Shown here in pieces: positions 10,451-22,157 of a stretch of DNA of 64,000 nt. The stretch is from Mobula hypostoma. Lineage: Eukaryota. A program made the translations under genes and the position numbers. The stretch covers positions 76,262,001-76,326,000 of the forward strand of contig NC_086108.1 of NCBI RefSeq assembly GCF_963921235.1, written 5' to 3'. The notes under the pieces are model-generated. The model did not search any database and was not told the DNA's origin. It was given only the letters and a program-made list of their open reading frames with translations. How positions within the stretch are numbered: position 1 is the stretch's first letter; every line of letters begins with the position of its first letter.

Positions 10451-11721
10451 AAACATAAAACACCCTTTTCACACGCAGCCAGTGGGAAAATCAAGAGGTG
10501 TTTATAGGCACTTGGGAGAGAACAGGATAGGGAAGTAAGCGGGGAATTTGGATTGGTGGGATTGCTTTGAGAGCTAGCAAAAACTGGATGGATGGGCTGA
10601 CCTGCCTTCTACGTCATATGAAAATATAAAAATGAAAAACAAAATCATTCTCTCAGTTTGGCAATCACTTTGGAAGTTTTAATGAGAAAAAGAGAAGGAA
10701 AAAATTGTAAAATAGATTACTATAAACAGATTTGCATAAAAATCTTAACTTGAAATGATCCCCCTTTTTCTTGCAGGATTACTTATAATTCCTGTAGGTA
10801 ATCGCTGATACCTGTACATTCAAGTGCAATGTGTTTATGCTTATCAGTTTTTTTAAACAATGAAATGGGATTTGGTTTTCTGCTTATATCAATAGCTGTA
10901 CTCATCTGCTTGTTTAAACTGCTGATGTTACACCAGTATCTTTTTCTATGTCATCTACATTCCTTCATATCGTTGACAGAAATTACTATAAATACATCTA
11001 CTGTAAAGTTTACTACGCTATAAATACATTGCACACTTGCAGTAGCAAATACAATTATTACTGAATCTTTGTTAGCAGGAAGATTGTTCTCCCAATGGAA
11101 TTATAATATTGGAGGCAAATTTACAAGAACACTGCATACTTAATTGCAAACTTAGTAAATGATAAAGAAGAGAAACAAAGTCACACCAACGAAACTGCAG
11201 ATCATCACGTATAAATGGTGTGATATGATTGGTTTAACTGTCAGTGACATCTTCTGGATTAGCAAACAGATTGTGAAAAATTGCTCCGACTCATAACCTA
11301 GTAAGTGAGGCATTTGTAACAGCAGAAAAAAAACTAGTTTTGGATTTCTTCTCAAACATGTAACACTTAATATATGGAAGCTAATGGATTTCCTTTAAGC
11401 GAATTACAAGGCACTAATCTAATCATGTTTTAGATGACGTAATAAATCACAACTGCAAAACTCATGAGGTTTATGCATTTTTAAATGAATCCTGTGTTAG
11501 ATTTCTCATACTGCCCTAAACTTCACTTATGTGTTTTTATCACTTAGACAAATATGAGAGATTTTTTTAAACAAAAGATAAGGAGGGTGAATAGTTCGTG
11601 ATCAGATTTGAATTCAACACACAATCAAGAGATATTCATCACTGCATCTAAGTTTTAAGAGTCCAAATCCTAAGAGTCTTAACTTAGTTCTTGCACACGA
11701 ACAGTGGGACTCAAAAGTGAA

Positions 11722-11918
11722 GACCCAAGAAACTGCAGATGCTGTAATCTGAAGCAAAAAGCAAATTGCTGGAGGAACTCAGTAGGTCAAGCAGCATCAG
11801 TGGAGGGAAAGGAATTAGCAATGTTTCAGTTCAAGACCCTGTATCAGGACCTAAAACCAACAATTCCTTTCCCTTCACAGACACTGCTCGACCTGCTGAG
11901 ATCCTCCCGCAATTTGTT
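11722..11918. mobile_element. PLE-tail fold-back with a degenerate hammerhead
   Basis: Minus-strand tail ending at gtcCTGATACAGGGTCTTGAACTGAAACATTG, followed by a forward arm caattcctttcccttcacagacactgctcgacctgctgag. Confidence 0.7.
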
Positions 11919-12164
11919 CAAAAGCAGTAATAACTGGTGCAGTACAAACTAGCGGCCATTTGATGTAAATACCACAACTGGTTAGGATGGCTATCATGCA
12001 CTTTTGGTTTTCAAAGGACAGAACAACAGAAGTCAAAAAAATAGTAAATTCTAATTTTTGTAAAGGTTTAAAATAAGAACAGAAAGTGTGGATATACTCG
12101 GCAGGTCAGGCAGTAACTATGGAAAGAGAAATAGGGTTAATATTTTCAGGTCTGTTTGTGATGC

Positions 12165-12305
12165 TGAAACAGCTTTCAGAAATGTAGATCTGGGTTCAAT
12201 TCCCACCACTGTCTGTAAGTTTATACATTCTCCCTGTGACCATGTGGGTTTCCTCTGGGTGCTCCAGTTTACTCCCACATTACAAAGACGTACGGTTAGT
12301 TAATG
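12165..12305 (+). mobile_element. V-SINE fragment
   Basis: ctgggttcaattccc..ttctccctgtgaccatgtgggtttcctctgggtgctccagttt. Confidence 0.75.
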
Positions 12306-12441
12306 AGTAGTGGTCATCTCAGTGCTGTTGTACTATAATATTTCAAGTTGTTTTGTCTATTAAATGTTATTAGATGTAATGTAAGTACAAAAACATGGAA
12401 GTTAGGTTAAAAATAACTATAATCAATCACCTTAAATTTTA

Positions 12442-12740
12442 GGATAGCATGGTAGTGTAGCAGTTAGTGCAAATAGTGTCAGCTCAGTTCAGAGTTCAAT
12501 TTCCACTGCCATCTGCAAGCAGTTTATCAATTCTCCCAATGACCGTCTGGATTTCCTCCCACATTTCAAAGACGTATGGTTAAGGTAGTGAGTTGTGGGC
12601 ACACTATGTTGCTATGGGAAGCGTGTTGATACTTGTGGAATGCTCAGCACAATCCTAGCTGATTTGATTTGATACAAGTGACACATTTTACAATATGTTT
12701 TGTGTATATGTGATAAATGAAGCTAATCTTATTATCTTAT
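12442..12740 (+). mobile_element. V-SINE with tRNA-like head and LINE-like tail
   Basis: A-box-like tggtagtgtagcagttag, B-box-like gagttcaatttcc, V-domain remnant and tail aaatgaagctaatctt. Confidence 0.7.
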
Positions 12741-13148
12741 AAAAAGCAGCATCATTAACTTCAATAGAATGAATGAGTAGCATGGCAATATTTTATTTGA
12801 AGACCAAAAAACTGAATCAAAATGGAGGACAAAAAATTAAGAGTAAGAGCTGGTTGCTTGCTTTGACACCTCAGCCTGAGAAAGAAACAAATCTATTATT
12901 CAGATGTAGTACTAAGACCAAGAAGATGTAAATTTCTTCCTGGTTATGAAATAATCATGAATGTATTTACAAAGTATAAAACTAGGTTAAAAAGATACCA
13001 AATGGAAAAGAATTGATAAGGAGAAGTAAGTGGCCAAATATGGAATACATCAGGGGTCCCCAACCTTTTTTGCACTGCAGACCGGTTTAATATTGACAAT
13101 ATTCTTGCGGTCCGACTGACCCGGGGGGGGGGGGGGGCGGTGTTCAAG

Positions 13149-13937
13149 TAGGTTAAACTCACCTCAACATGTCTTTTACAGTTAGGGTTGCCAACTGTCT
13201 CACTCCCAAATAAGGGACAAAAGTAGCAGTCAAATCCCAGGACACTTTACCCCAGGAAAGACTACCACGACCATGAAGCCTTGCGCGGTCACCTGTGTGC
13301 GCATGCGTGACTGAGCATGTGATGTGCGCATACACGTACGTGCTGATTTTTTCCCCACAATTCGGTTTTGCCTTCATCTTCCCGACTACACTGTACATAC
13401 GTTATTTCTACTTTATACAGGCTGTGTATTTATCATATCATTCCTGCTTTTACTATATGTTAGTGTTATTTTAGGTTTTATGTGTTACTTGGTAGGTGTT
13501 TTTTGGGTCTGGGAACACTCAAAAATTTTTCCCATATAAATTAATGGTAATTGCTTCTTCACTTTACGCCATTTCGGCACGAAAGGTTTCATAGGAACGG
13601 TCTACCTTAGCGGTGGAAATACAGGACAAGGGCGGTCCTGTATGGGACAAACCAATTTAGCCCAATATATCTGTGGAATTCTCTGCCACAGCAAACTGTT
13701 GAGGCCAGTTCATTGTCTATGTTTAAGAGGGAGTTAGATATGGCCCTTGTGGCTACAGGGGTCAGGGGGTATGGAGGGAAGGCTGGGGCGGGGTTCTGAG
13801 TTGGATGATCAGCCATGATCATAATAAATGGTGGTGCAGGCTCAAAGGGCCGAATGGCCTACTCCTGCACCTATTTTCTATGTTTCTATGTTTCTATGTG
13901 AGATGTCCCGGCAAACACAGGACAGTTGGCAACCCTA
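13149..13937. mobile_element. Inner hAT (Blackjack-like ends) nested within the composite
   Basis: TAGGGTTGCCAACT (13183) / AGTTGGCAACCCTA (to 13937) inverted repeats. An 8-bp direct repeat TGTTCAAG lies at 13141-13148 and 13938-13945. Confidence 0.75.
13670..13898 (+). mobile_element. CR1 3' tail inserted in composite copy 1
   Basis: ctgtggaattctctgccacag..ggccgaatggcctactcctgcacct plus a (tttctatg)n tail. Absent from copy 2. Confidence 0.9.
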
Positions 13938-14879
13938 TGTTCAAGTTCAACAGTGCGTGACAGGAATGAGGAAAAGGTGCAGCTGACTCATATTGTTTCC
14001 TCGCGGTCCGGTTGCACATGCTTTGCGACCCGGTACCAGTCTGCAGCCCGGTGGTTGGGGACCGCTGGAATACATCACCTGAGCAGAAAGGTTACAGAAC
14101 TACAAAATAGAATTGTATGACACAAGGAAGATGCATTTAAATATTGAAAAGATAGTTGGTGCTAAAAACAAGGAGAACTGATGTTGTGTATTCAGTCAAG
14201 CATGCATTTCAAGGATTTGCACATTGTTGTAGTCTGCAGATCCACATTAAGATTCAGCAAGCTGTTCAAAGAGAGCTGTGTACTGCAAATCTGAAAATAT
14301 TTAAGCATCCAGCTTCTCTGCAGATGTAGACCTGAGATTGATGAATCAGAGTAGTCAAGAAGGAGAGCGATGGAAGTTGTTTAAATATGTACACATGTGG
14401 CCTCCATAGGGGACATTACCCTCTGATTTACCTTTGCAATTAATGCAGCCATAACCTGCTAAATCCACCACTGGACTGCATAAATGGGTGATGCATGGAA
14501 GCTCACCAATAAAATCTGGCAGTCATTCACTTTATTAACACAAAGATCAAGAATATAGTGGCAGGTCCTCTTCCAGTAGTTGACGAACTATTGTACCTGC
14601 CTAAAAAAAGCCTCCACAAGCATTCTACTTCACGAAGTTGTAAAAACAGTCCTGCTGAGTTAAATTGGCACTTATCTCCTCTGGTCATGTCAGTCCTTGG
14701 ATCTATCAGAGATCTGCATTCATGTTCCTGTTCAAACCAAAGATAACAAATATAAAGGTATCTCCATCATTCAAGTTTGTCTTACCTCTCAACACTACAG
14801 GAGACAGCATTTCTAAATATATCATACTGAAAGATTTATGAAAAAAACAGTGCAAGTTAAACTAGTAAGTTATTGGAGA

Positions 14880-15072
14880 CACAAGAGAGATGCAGATAGT
14901 GAAATCTAAGGCATATAACAAACTGCTGGAGGACTTCAATGGCAAACTAGAGAAAATCTGCAGATGCTGAAATGCAAGCAACACAAACAAAATGCTGGAG
15001 GAACTCAGCAGGCTAGGCAGCATCTATGGAAAAGAGTACAGTCGGCATTTCGGGCTGAGACTCTTCAGCAGG
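14880..15072 (-). mobile_element. Two adjacent PLE 3' tails, the second with a degenerate hammerhead
   Basis: ctgcagatgctg..aatgctggaggaactcagcaggctaggcagcatctatgg. The minus strand begins CTGCTGAAGAGTCTCAGCCCGAAATGCCGACTG. Confidence 0.75.
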
Positions 15073-15709
15073 CTCCATCAACTCCAGCAGAGGAGAAGAC
15101 CCTTTTCCTGAAAAAGAATATTACAGGAGTCCTGGAATGGAAAGCCTCAATTTGAGAAATGATGCTGCAGAGATGAAGAAACTGCGAGAAGGAGATAATG
15201 TCCTTACAAGAGCCTAGATGGGAGGAGGTGTAGGCGAGGTAGCTGTGAGTCCGTGGGTTAATAGTACAAATAAATGGATCATTTATGTACTAAAGTCTAA
15301 ACAAAACGAATCAGAAAAGGAAGACAGGTGTCAGAAATGGTCCAACTGAATTTAAGGCAGGATGAAAATTAGTATTAAATGTGACAAAATCAATGAGTTC
15401 TGCATGAGTGCAGGAAGCAGCACCAATGCAGTTGTTGATAGTTGAGAAAGATTTGAGAAGTGGTCCAAGAGTAGGTCTGGAACAGGATTTGCTTCATATA
15501 GTGAACAAAAAGGCAGGTGTGGCCTATGGCTACTCCTCTGATTTGGAGAAAGTGGGAGAAATTCAAAAGAATGTTGTTGAGGGTAAGGACAAGTTCTGCC
15601 AGGTCGAAGAGAGTGTTCATGCAGGGAGTTCGTTCTGATTTTTTTTCGAGAACAATAGAGCCCTAAGATCTTCCTGATGTGAGATGGATATATACGGTAT
15701 GTATGTATA

Positions 15710-17345
15710 CAGAGGCATGCAAAAGTTTGGGCATCCCTGGTCAAAATTTCTGTTACTGTGAATAGCTAAGCGAGTAAAAGATGACCTGATTTCCAAAAGG
15801 CATAAAGTTAAAGATGACACATTTCTTTAATATTTTAAGCAAGATAACATTTTTATTTCCATCTTTTACAGTTTCAAAATAAAAAAGGAAAAGGGCCCTA
15901 AGCAAAAGTTTAGGCACCCTGCATGGTCAGTACTTAGTACTTAGTTAGTACTTAGCATCAGTACTGCATTGCCAAACACCTCCTTTGGCAAGTATCATAG
16001 CTTTTAGATGCTTTCTCTAGCCAGCTAAGAGTCTTTCAATTCTTGTTTGGAAGATTTTCACCCATTCTTCCTTGCATAAGGCTTATAGTTCTGTGAGATT
16101 CTTGGGCCGTCTTGCATGCACTGCTCTTTTGAGGTCTATCCACAGATTTTCGATGATGTTTAGGTCGGGTGACTGTGAGGGCCATGGCAAAACCTTCAGC
16201 TTGCGCCTCTTGAGGTAGTCCATTGTGGATTTTGAGGTGTGTTTAGGCTCATTATCCTGTTGTAGAAGCCATCTCTTTTCATCTTCAGCTTTTTTACAGA
16301 TGGTGTGATGTTCACTTCTAGAATTTGCTGGTATTTAATTGAATTCATTCTTCTCTCTACCAGTGAAATGTTCCCCATGCCACTGGCTGCAACACAACTC
16401 CACCCTTGTGCTGAACAGTTGGAGAGGTGTTCTTTTCATGAAATTCTGCACCCTTTTTTCTCCAAACATACCTTTGCTCATTGCAGCCAAAAAGTTCTAT
16501 TTTAACTTCATCAGTCCACAGGACTTGTTTCCAAAATGCATCAGGCTTGTTTAGATGTTCCTTTGCAAACTTCTGACTGAATTTTGTGGTGAGGATGCAG
16601 GAAAGGTTTTCTTCTGATGACTCTTCCATGAAGGTCATATTTGTGCAGGTGTCGCTGCACAGTAGAACAGTGCACCACCACTCCAGAGTCTGCTATATCT
16701 TCCTGAAGGTCTTTTGCAGTCAAATGGGGGTTTTGATTTGTCTTTCTAGCAATCCTATGAGCAGTTCTCTCGGAAAGTTTTCTTGGTCTTCCAGACCTCA
16801 ACTTGACCTCCACTGTTCCTGTTAATTGCCATTTCTTAATTACATTACAAACTGAGGAAACGGCTACCTGAAAACACTTTGTTATCTTCTTATAGCCTTC
16901 TCCTGCTCTGTGGGCATCATTTATTTTAATTTTCAGAGTGCTAGGCAGCTGCTTAGAAGAGCCCATGGCTGCTAATTGTTGGGACAAGGTTTGAGTAGTC
17001 AGGGTATTTATAAAGCTTTGAAATTTGCATCACCTGGCCTTTGCTAACAATGACTGTGAACAAGCCATAGCCCTAACAAGCTATTTAAGGTCTGAGACCT
17101 TGGTAAAAGTTATCTGAGAGCTCAAATCTCTTAGGGTGCCCAAACTTTTGCATGGTGCTCCTTTCCTTTTTTCCACTCTAAAATTGTACAAGACAAAAAT
17201 AATACACTAATCTTGCTTAAAATGTTGAAAAGAATGTTTCATCTTTAACTTTATGACTTCTGGAGATCAGTTCATCTTTTACTCACTTAACTATTCACAG
17301 TAACAGAAATTTTGACCAGGGTGACCAATCTTTTGCATGCTACTG
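15710..17345 (-). mobile_element. Tc1/mariner DNA transposon, IR/DR type, near full length (1636 bp)
   Basis: TA at 15708-15709 and 17346-17347. Inverted repeats of about 215 bp start CAGAGGCATGCAAAAGTTTGGGCATCCCTGG, with inner direct repeats near 15902 and 17133. Confidence 0.95.
15975..16966 (-). pseudogene. Tc1 DD34E transposase, frameshifted
   Basis: MGSSKQL..GEGYKKI..GRPRKLS, VLWTDEVKIELFG, QQDNEPKH, WPSQSPDLNIIENLW and ILAKGG, spread over several frames. Confidence 0.9.
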
Positions 17346-18509
17346 TAAATTGGTTGTTCATGGTCATAATGATGTGGTTGGGGCCAGGAATTTGCAAGTG
17401 TAGGGCAGGAGAGGTGTCCTAGATGTAGTGGGGAAGGAATGAACAAGTATTGGGGTGCTATCAGGCTGAAGGTTGTGCATGGGAGATCACCTGATGTGAT
17501 GAAATAGGCATGGAGGTAGAGGGGGTGAAAGAAGATCTCAACATCATGTTCATTCCAAACCACACTGAGGTACTGGGGCAGGGGTACAAAGGTGAGGCCT
17601 CTGCAATGACAGACTGCTCAGTGTGAGAGAGGGGAAGATATGGGGGTGGGAGAATGCTAAGACATGGCAGGGGTTGGAACCTGGGAGCAGAAGGGGGTAA
17701 TGGGATATAGGACTTAAGGGGAACAGAACGTTATGCAACTCCGTAGTTCATTACCATAATATGGATACAAGGGTGTCCAGATTAGATTTGTGCAGCCAGT
17801 ATATGACTTAAAATTGGCACAAACCAGGAAACTACGGCAGATTGCTATGACTTTATTAATGCTACAGAAAGTTAGTTTCTGTTTAGTTGTCAGCCCCTAC
17901 ATCAGGTAGAGCACTGTCGACTTCTTTTTAAAGCAAATACTGCAGAAAATTGGGCAACTATACTATGAGACTTAGAAATATAAAGTTAAATTTTCCTGTT
18001 GCTCTGCTTGATACTGGTGTTCAAGGCAGGAAAATTGGCCCTAATGCATGCTAAACTCTGAGGCACGAATTAAACCTAGAGCACTCTATGTAATTCTCAG
18101 CCAATTTTATTGAATTTGTAAAAATTAATCAAAATTATGATGTCAATAATTTTAACAGTCTCTGAAAACACTTGCTTTAAGCATTCTCTGGTATATTTGT
18201 ACACAATTTCAATAGAAATATGCAGCGGCACATTGACAATGGGATTCCCAGAATTTGTTGCTAGAATAGTAATCAATCTCTTCACCCAGATTCAATGCTG
18301 CAATTTATAAGACTGCATCGAAATATTAAGACCAGAGTTAGAAATTTCAAAATATATATGAAATTATTCCATACCTTAAATTAATAATGGTCATATTTGA
18401 CTAAACTACATATTATGTATGCAAACGTAAACAAAAGAACTACTTAGTCGCTATGTGACATTTTTGAATGAATTCTCCTGCAACCCGGTGAAATTACACA
18501 GCTAAAATA

Positions 18510-19023
18510 CTTTCAGTAATCACTTTATTAGGTACATCTATACATCTGTTAGTTAATGCAGTATCTAATCAGCCATCATGTTCCAGCAACTCAGTACATA
18601 GAAGCATGCAGACATGGTCAGGTGGTTCAGTTGTTGTTCAGACCAAACATTAGAATGGGGAGGAAATGTGATCTACATGACTTTGACCGTGGGATGAATG
18701 TTGGTGCCAGACAGGGCAGTTGGAGTATCTCAGAAACTGCCGATCTCCTGGGATTTTCACACACAAAAGTTTCTAGAGTTTAAAGAGAAAGGTGCGAAAA
18801 TCAAAAAAAAAAGAACCCAGTGAGCGGCCGTTCTAATGAAAAATGCCTTGTTCATGAGAGAGAGGTCAGAGGAGAGTGGCCAGACTGGTTCAAGCTGATA
18901 GGAAGGCTAATGTAACTCAAGTACAACAGTGGTGTGCAGAAGTGAATCTCTGAACATACAACACGTTGAACCAGCAGAAGACCACGAATATACAGGAAAG
19001 ACCTAACGAAGTGGCCACTAGTG
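18510..19023 (+). mobile_element. Internally deleted Tc1-like element
   Basis: Ends resemble cactcagtggccactttattaggta and its inverse. Encodes the transposase N-terminal HTH MGRKCDLHDFDRGMNVGARQGSWSISETADLLGFSHTKVSRV. Confidence 0.8.
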
Positions 19024-19871
19024 AAGCATCAGGGATGTTCTGAGGCCATGCATTACCTTGGCACAACACCAATTCTAAAATATACAGTATAATGAAATCA
19101 CTGACAGACTATTCCAGATCTTTCAATGTATCATTTTCCAATCAATCATTATATATTTCATGCAAACTACTGATGTGAAATATCACTTTTCTACATCAAT
19201 TTTCTTTTTATAACTATTAGCAGTCTATTATCCATTAAAACTTTTCAGCACATTTAGGCTATCAAACTACAGAGCTGTCCTTCACAAGTGTGTTGCTTTA
19301 CATTCAATACAACATAATGATTATAAACTGCCTTACTAAGGAATATAGATTTTTTTTAGAAAAGAATGCAGATGTCCCATTAAAATTTTGCTCGTACATT
19401 TTTGTCTGATCAATCTGTTGCTGAAATTGCAACAATAATATTGTAACATCAATCCTGAGGTCATTCAAGGGTCAGTTTGCAGGTTCATGTTATTTTAAAC
19501 TTTTTGTGGTGGTTGATATTCACATTATGATACATAATTCCATATCAGTAAATACATATAAGTTTAAGGATGAACAAAGAAACCAGCATGTTTTACAGTG
19601 TTTCAGGCCAATAAACTAATTAAGCATAATTACTGGTGTAATACAGGAAAACACAGGGATAAATATGACTATACAACTGAGCAATTATTCCATGATGGAT
19701 GGTGATCTTCCTACTCTTTCTTTCTCTGAAACCTGCCTTGAAGTTCTGAACATACCTGAATTTATAAGCTTCTCCCTGGATTATGAAACAAGAATGTTTC
19801 AACCAATCATATTTCTTTGTTCCCCAAATGGTCCTCATTTTGCTATTAAACCAGAAATAACAATCTAAATA

Positions 19872-20395
19872 CTGTGGATTCTGGTTAATTGGGACACACT
19901 GGGACCAGTACATTTGGTCCCATTAAAAAGCAATTAGCCAAAATTTCGCGGAAATAGTTACAAAGGTATAAAAAGGCCAGATTACCATTTAACTGAACGA
20001 CAAATTACGTACTTAAATGAAAGATAGTGCAAATTAGAATACTACCAATACAACTACAGTACTATAAAACTGTGTATTAGTTCCTAAAAATGGACTGCCT
20101 TTATACAATGCTTTTGACCAATGTATCCTCCAAATCTTCATTTTCATTGCAACATTGATTGATGATTATGAAAGCTTCATATTCTTCATAGTTCCTAACT
20201 GTTGAAGTAGTGAAATAATTTCATTTTCACTCCTGGCAATTTCTGGCTCTCCAAGCCTGAATGTTTGAAGCCAGTGAGCAACTATGGGTGACAAAATCAC
20301 TGCTTTTTGAACACAAACACGCACAACTGATGCTATTGAAAAAGTGTTTGCTCTAAGCACGGTGCGGTGTCTAATGGCCACACTAGTGCACACGA
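19872..20395 (-). mobile_element. Tigger/pogo-like MITE, partial
   Basis: TA + CTGTGGATTCTGGTTAATTGGG terminus. Reverse-complement match to 46758-47577. Confidence 0.75.
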
Positions 20396-20569
20396 TGACA
20401 ATGTTATTTTAATTGAAATGGAAATTATGTTTATCATGAAAATGGAACTAAGGAGAGTCAGTATTTGGAATATCTGATGTATTTGGAATTCCAATCAGCA
20501 TCCAGCAAGCTGCCATATAAAATGTTACTGCTCAAGATGATGATTTATAGGTTAAGAATAACTTTTTTG

Positions 20570-20712
20570 TCTGTCTTATTGGTTTATGTATAGTTTTTCA
20601 TAAATTCTATTGCATTTCATTTTTTTCCTGTTAATGCCTTCAAGAAAATGAATCTCAATGTAGTATATAGTAACATATATGTACTTTGATAATAAAATTT
20701 ACTTTGAACTTT
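20570..20712 (+). mobile_element. Rex/L2-type LINE 3' tail
   Basis: aagaaaatgaatctc..gtatatag..tttgataataaaatttactttgaactttg, the same tail as 8540-8615. Confidence 0.7.
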
Positions 20713-20859
20713 GTTCTTTTGGACAGTGGTTAAAAGTTAGAAAAGATAGTTACAAACATATAATTTTCCAGTTGGCAAACTGTAATTACTGGGAAACCTT
20801 ATTGAACAGTTCTGGTTTCTCAGTTAATTGCGGATTATATTATAACTTAGATAATAGGA

Positions 20860-21390
20860 GAAATTAATGAATCTAAGTTTGCTGTCAGAACATAATGGGA
20901 CGTAGAGAGGATAAGGAAGATGCGAAATATTGACAGAAATGTGAGGAGTGCAGGAAAGGTTCACAGTTGATTTCTGGTAGGCAAGGATTGTTTTATAAAG
21001 AAAGAATGAGCAGCACATATCTATCTCGTCTGGAGATTATAAGGATGAGAGGTGAACTCACTGAAGCATTTAAGATTCTTATGGAGACAGACAGGGTAAT
21101 TGTGAGGGTATTTCCTACGTGGAATAGTTGAAAATTGGGGAGGGTGGTCACAACATCAGGAGAGGGTCAACTATTGAAGATGAGGAAGAATTTCTTCTTG
21201 CAGATGATTGTGACTCTTTGGAATTTCTAAGCCCAGATGCTGAGCCAATGTGTATTCAAGGTTGAGACAGATTGCTGGACTACAGGGGATCAAGTGGAAA
21301 AATGTTCAGGTCAAAGATTAGATCAGCATCATCTAACTGAATGGCAGAGTGGCTCAAGGGACTTTATGGCCTTTTCCTGTTCACGTGTTC
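20860..21390 (+). mobile_element. CR1 3' fragment, degenerate
   Basis: gagtgcaggaaaggttcac..aggatgagaggtga..gatgaggaagaatttcttc..gaatggcagagtggctcaaggg. Confidence 0.7.
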
Positions 21391-22157
21391 CCAATCATCA
21401 ACTGAATTAACCATGCTACTGGATCAAATTAATCAACATGGCAAGTTTCTAACATTTGTGCCCACTTATTAATCTTGAGCAACCACAAACCTAAAAATCT
21501 ATTTTTGATTTAAAAGTTCTAAGAGACACATTTTAAATGCTTTCAAGTATTTTAATTTCTTAAAAATCTAACAGCAATGCACCAAATAAGTGAGTTATTG
21601 GCTCTGCAGTTTAAAATAATTTTGAGATACATATGTTAGATCATGTAAAGTCATACATTACAGAAATAGGCTCACCACATCCATGTCCACCATTTTACCC
21701 ATCTACACTAATTGTATTTGTCTGCATTAAGACCACGTTCTACTAAATGTCTATTTAATGTCTGCTTCCTAAACATAGTAAATAGATCAGTGTCATATAG
21801 GTAATAGTCTTCATTAATTCCACATTAAAATTTCTTTCAATAGAAACTTACCTTTGATTCCATGTAGTAAGCATGCATATATTATATAATAATGGCACAT
21901 TTTAAAATTTGCTTCAGTGAAAGCCAATTTTGGAAACAATACCATACAAAGCTGCTGTTATAAATGCATTCACCATTTAAATGGATTTCTACATCCAATT
22001 TCTGTGATAAAACTATCTTCAGGCATGTCAAGAATCACTCTAGAAGACTGCAATTGTGACTGTAAGCAGAAACTTGACTGATAATTTCAGTTCAGAAGAC
22101 TACCACATTTTTAAGAACAGTTGCTGACTGTGGCCATAACACATAAATAGGCAAACT

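Larger units (their letters stand above)
13051..14067. mobile_element. Composite non-autonomous hAT (Charlie-type ends), copy 1
   Basis: TIRs CAGGGGTCCCCAACC / GGTTGGGGACCGCTG and 8-bp TSD GAATACAT (13043-13050, 14068-14075). A second copy lies inverted at 50203-51065. Confidence 0.9.
15080..17750 (-). mobile_element. Old PLE RT remnant split by the Tc1 insertion
   Basis: LFDLAELVLTLNN..SHFLQIRGVAIG (15390-15620) and ITSGDLPCTTFSLIAP (17291-17563 ORF) match the PLE ORF at 728-1600 on either side of the Tc1. Confidence 0.75.

Noticed and set aside
12442..12510. Possible tRNA gene
   Set aside because: Only degenerate A/B boxes leading into a V-SINE body. No cloverleaf can be built.
13159..13539. 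Similar ORFs at 13159-13539 and 50555-50839 suggesting a duplicated small gene
   Set aside because: They lie inside the two copies of the composite hAT element, their lengths and ends differ between copies, and no domain is recognisable.
15929..15965. Short TAGTACT repeats as a CRISPR-like or regulatory array
   Set aside because: A local slippage duplication at the end of the Tc1 transposase, with no spacers and a eukaryotic context.
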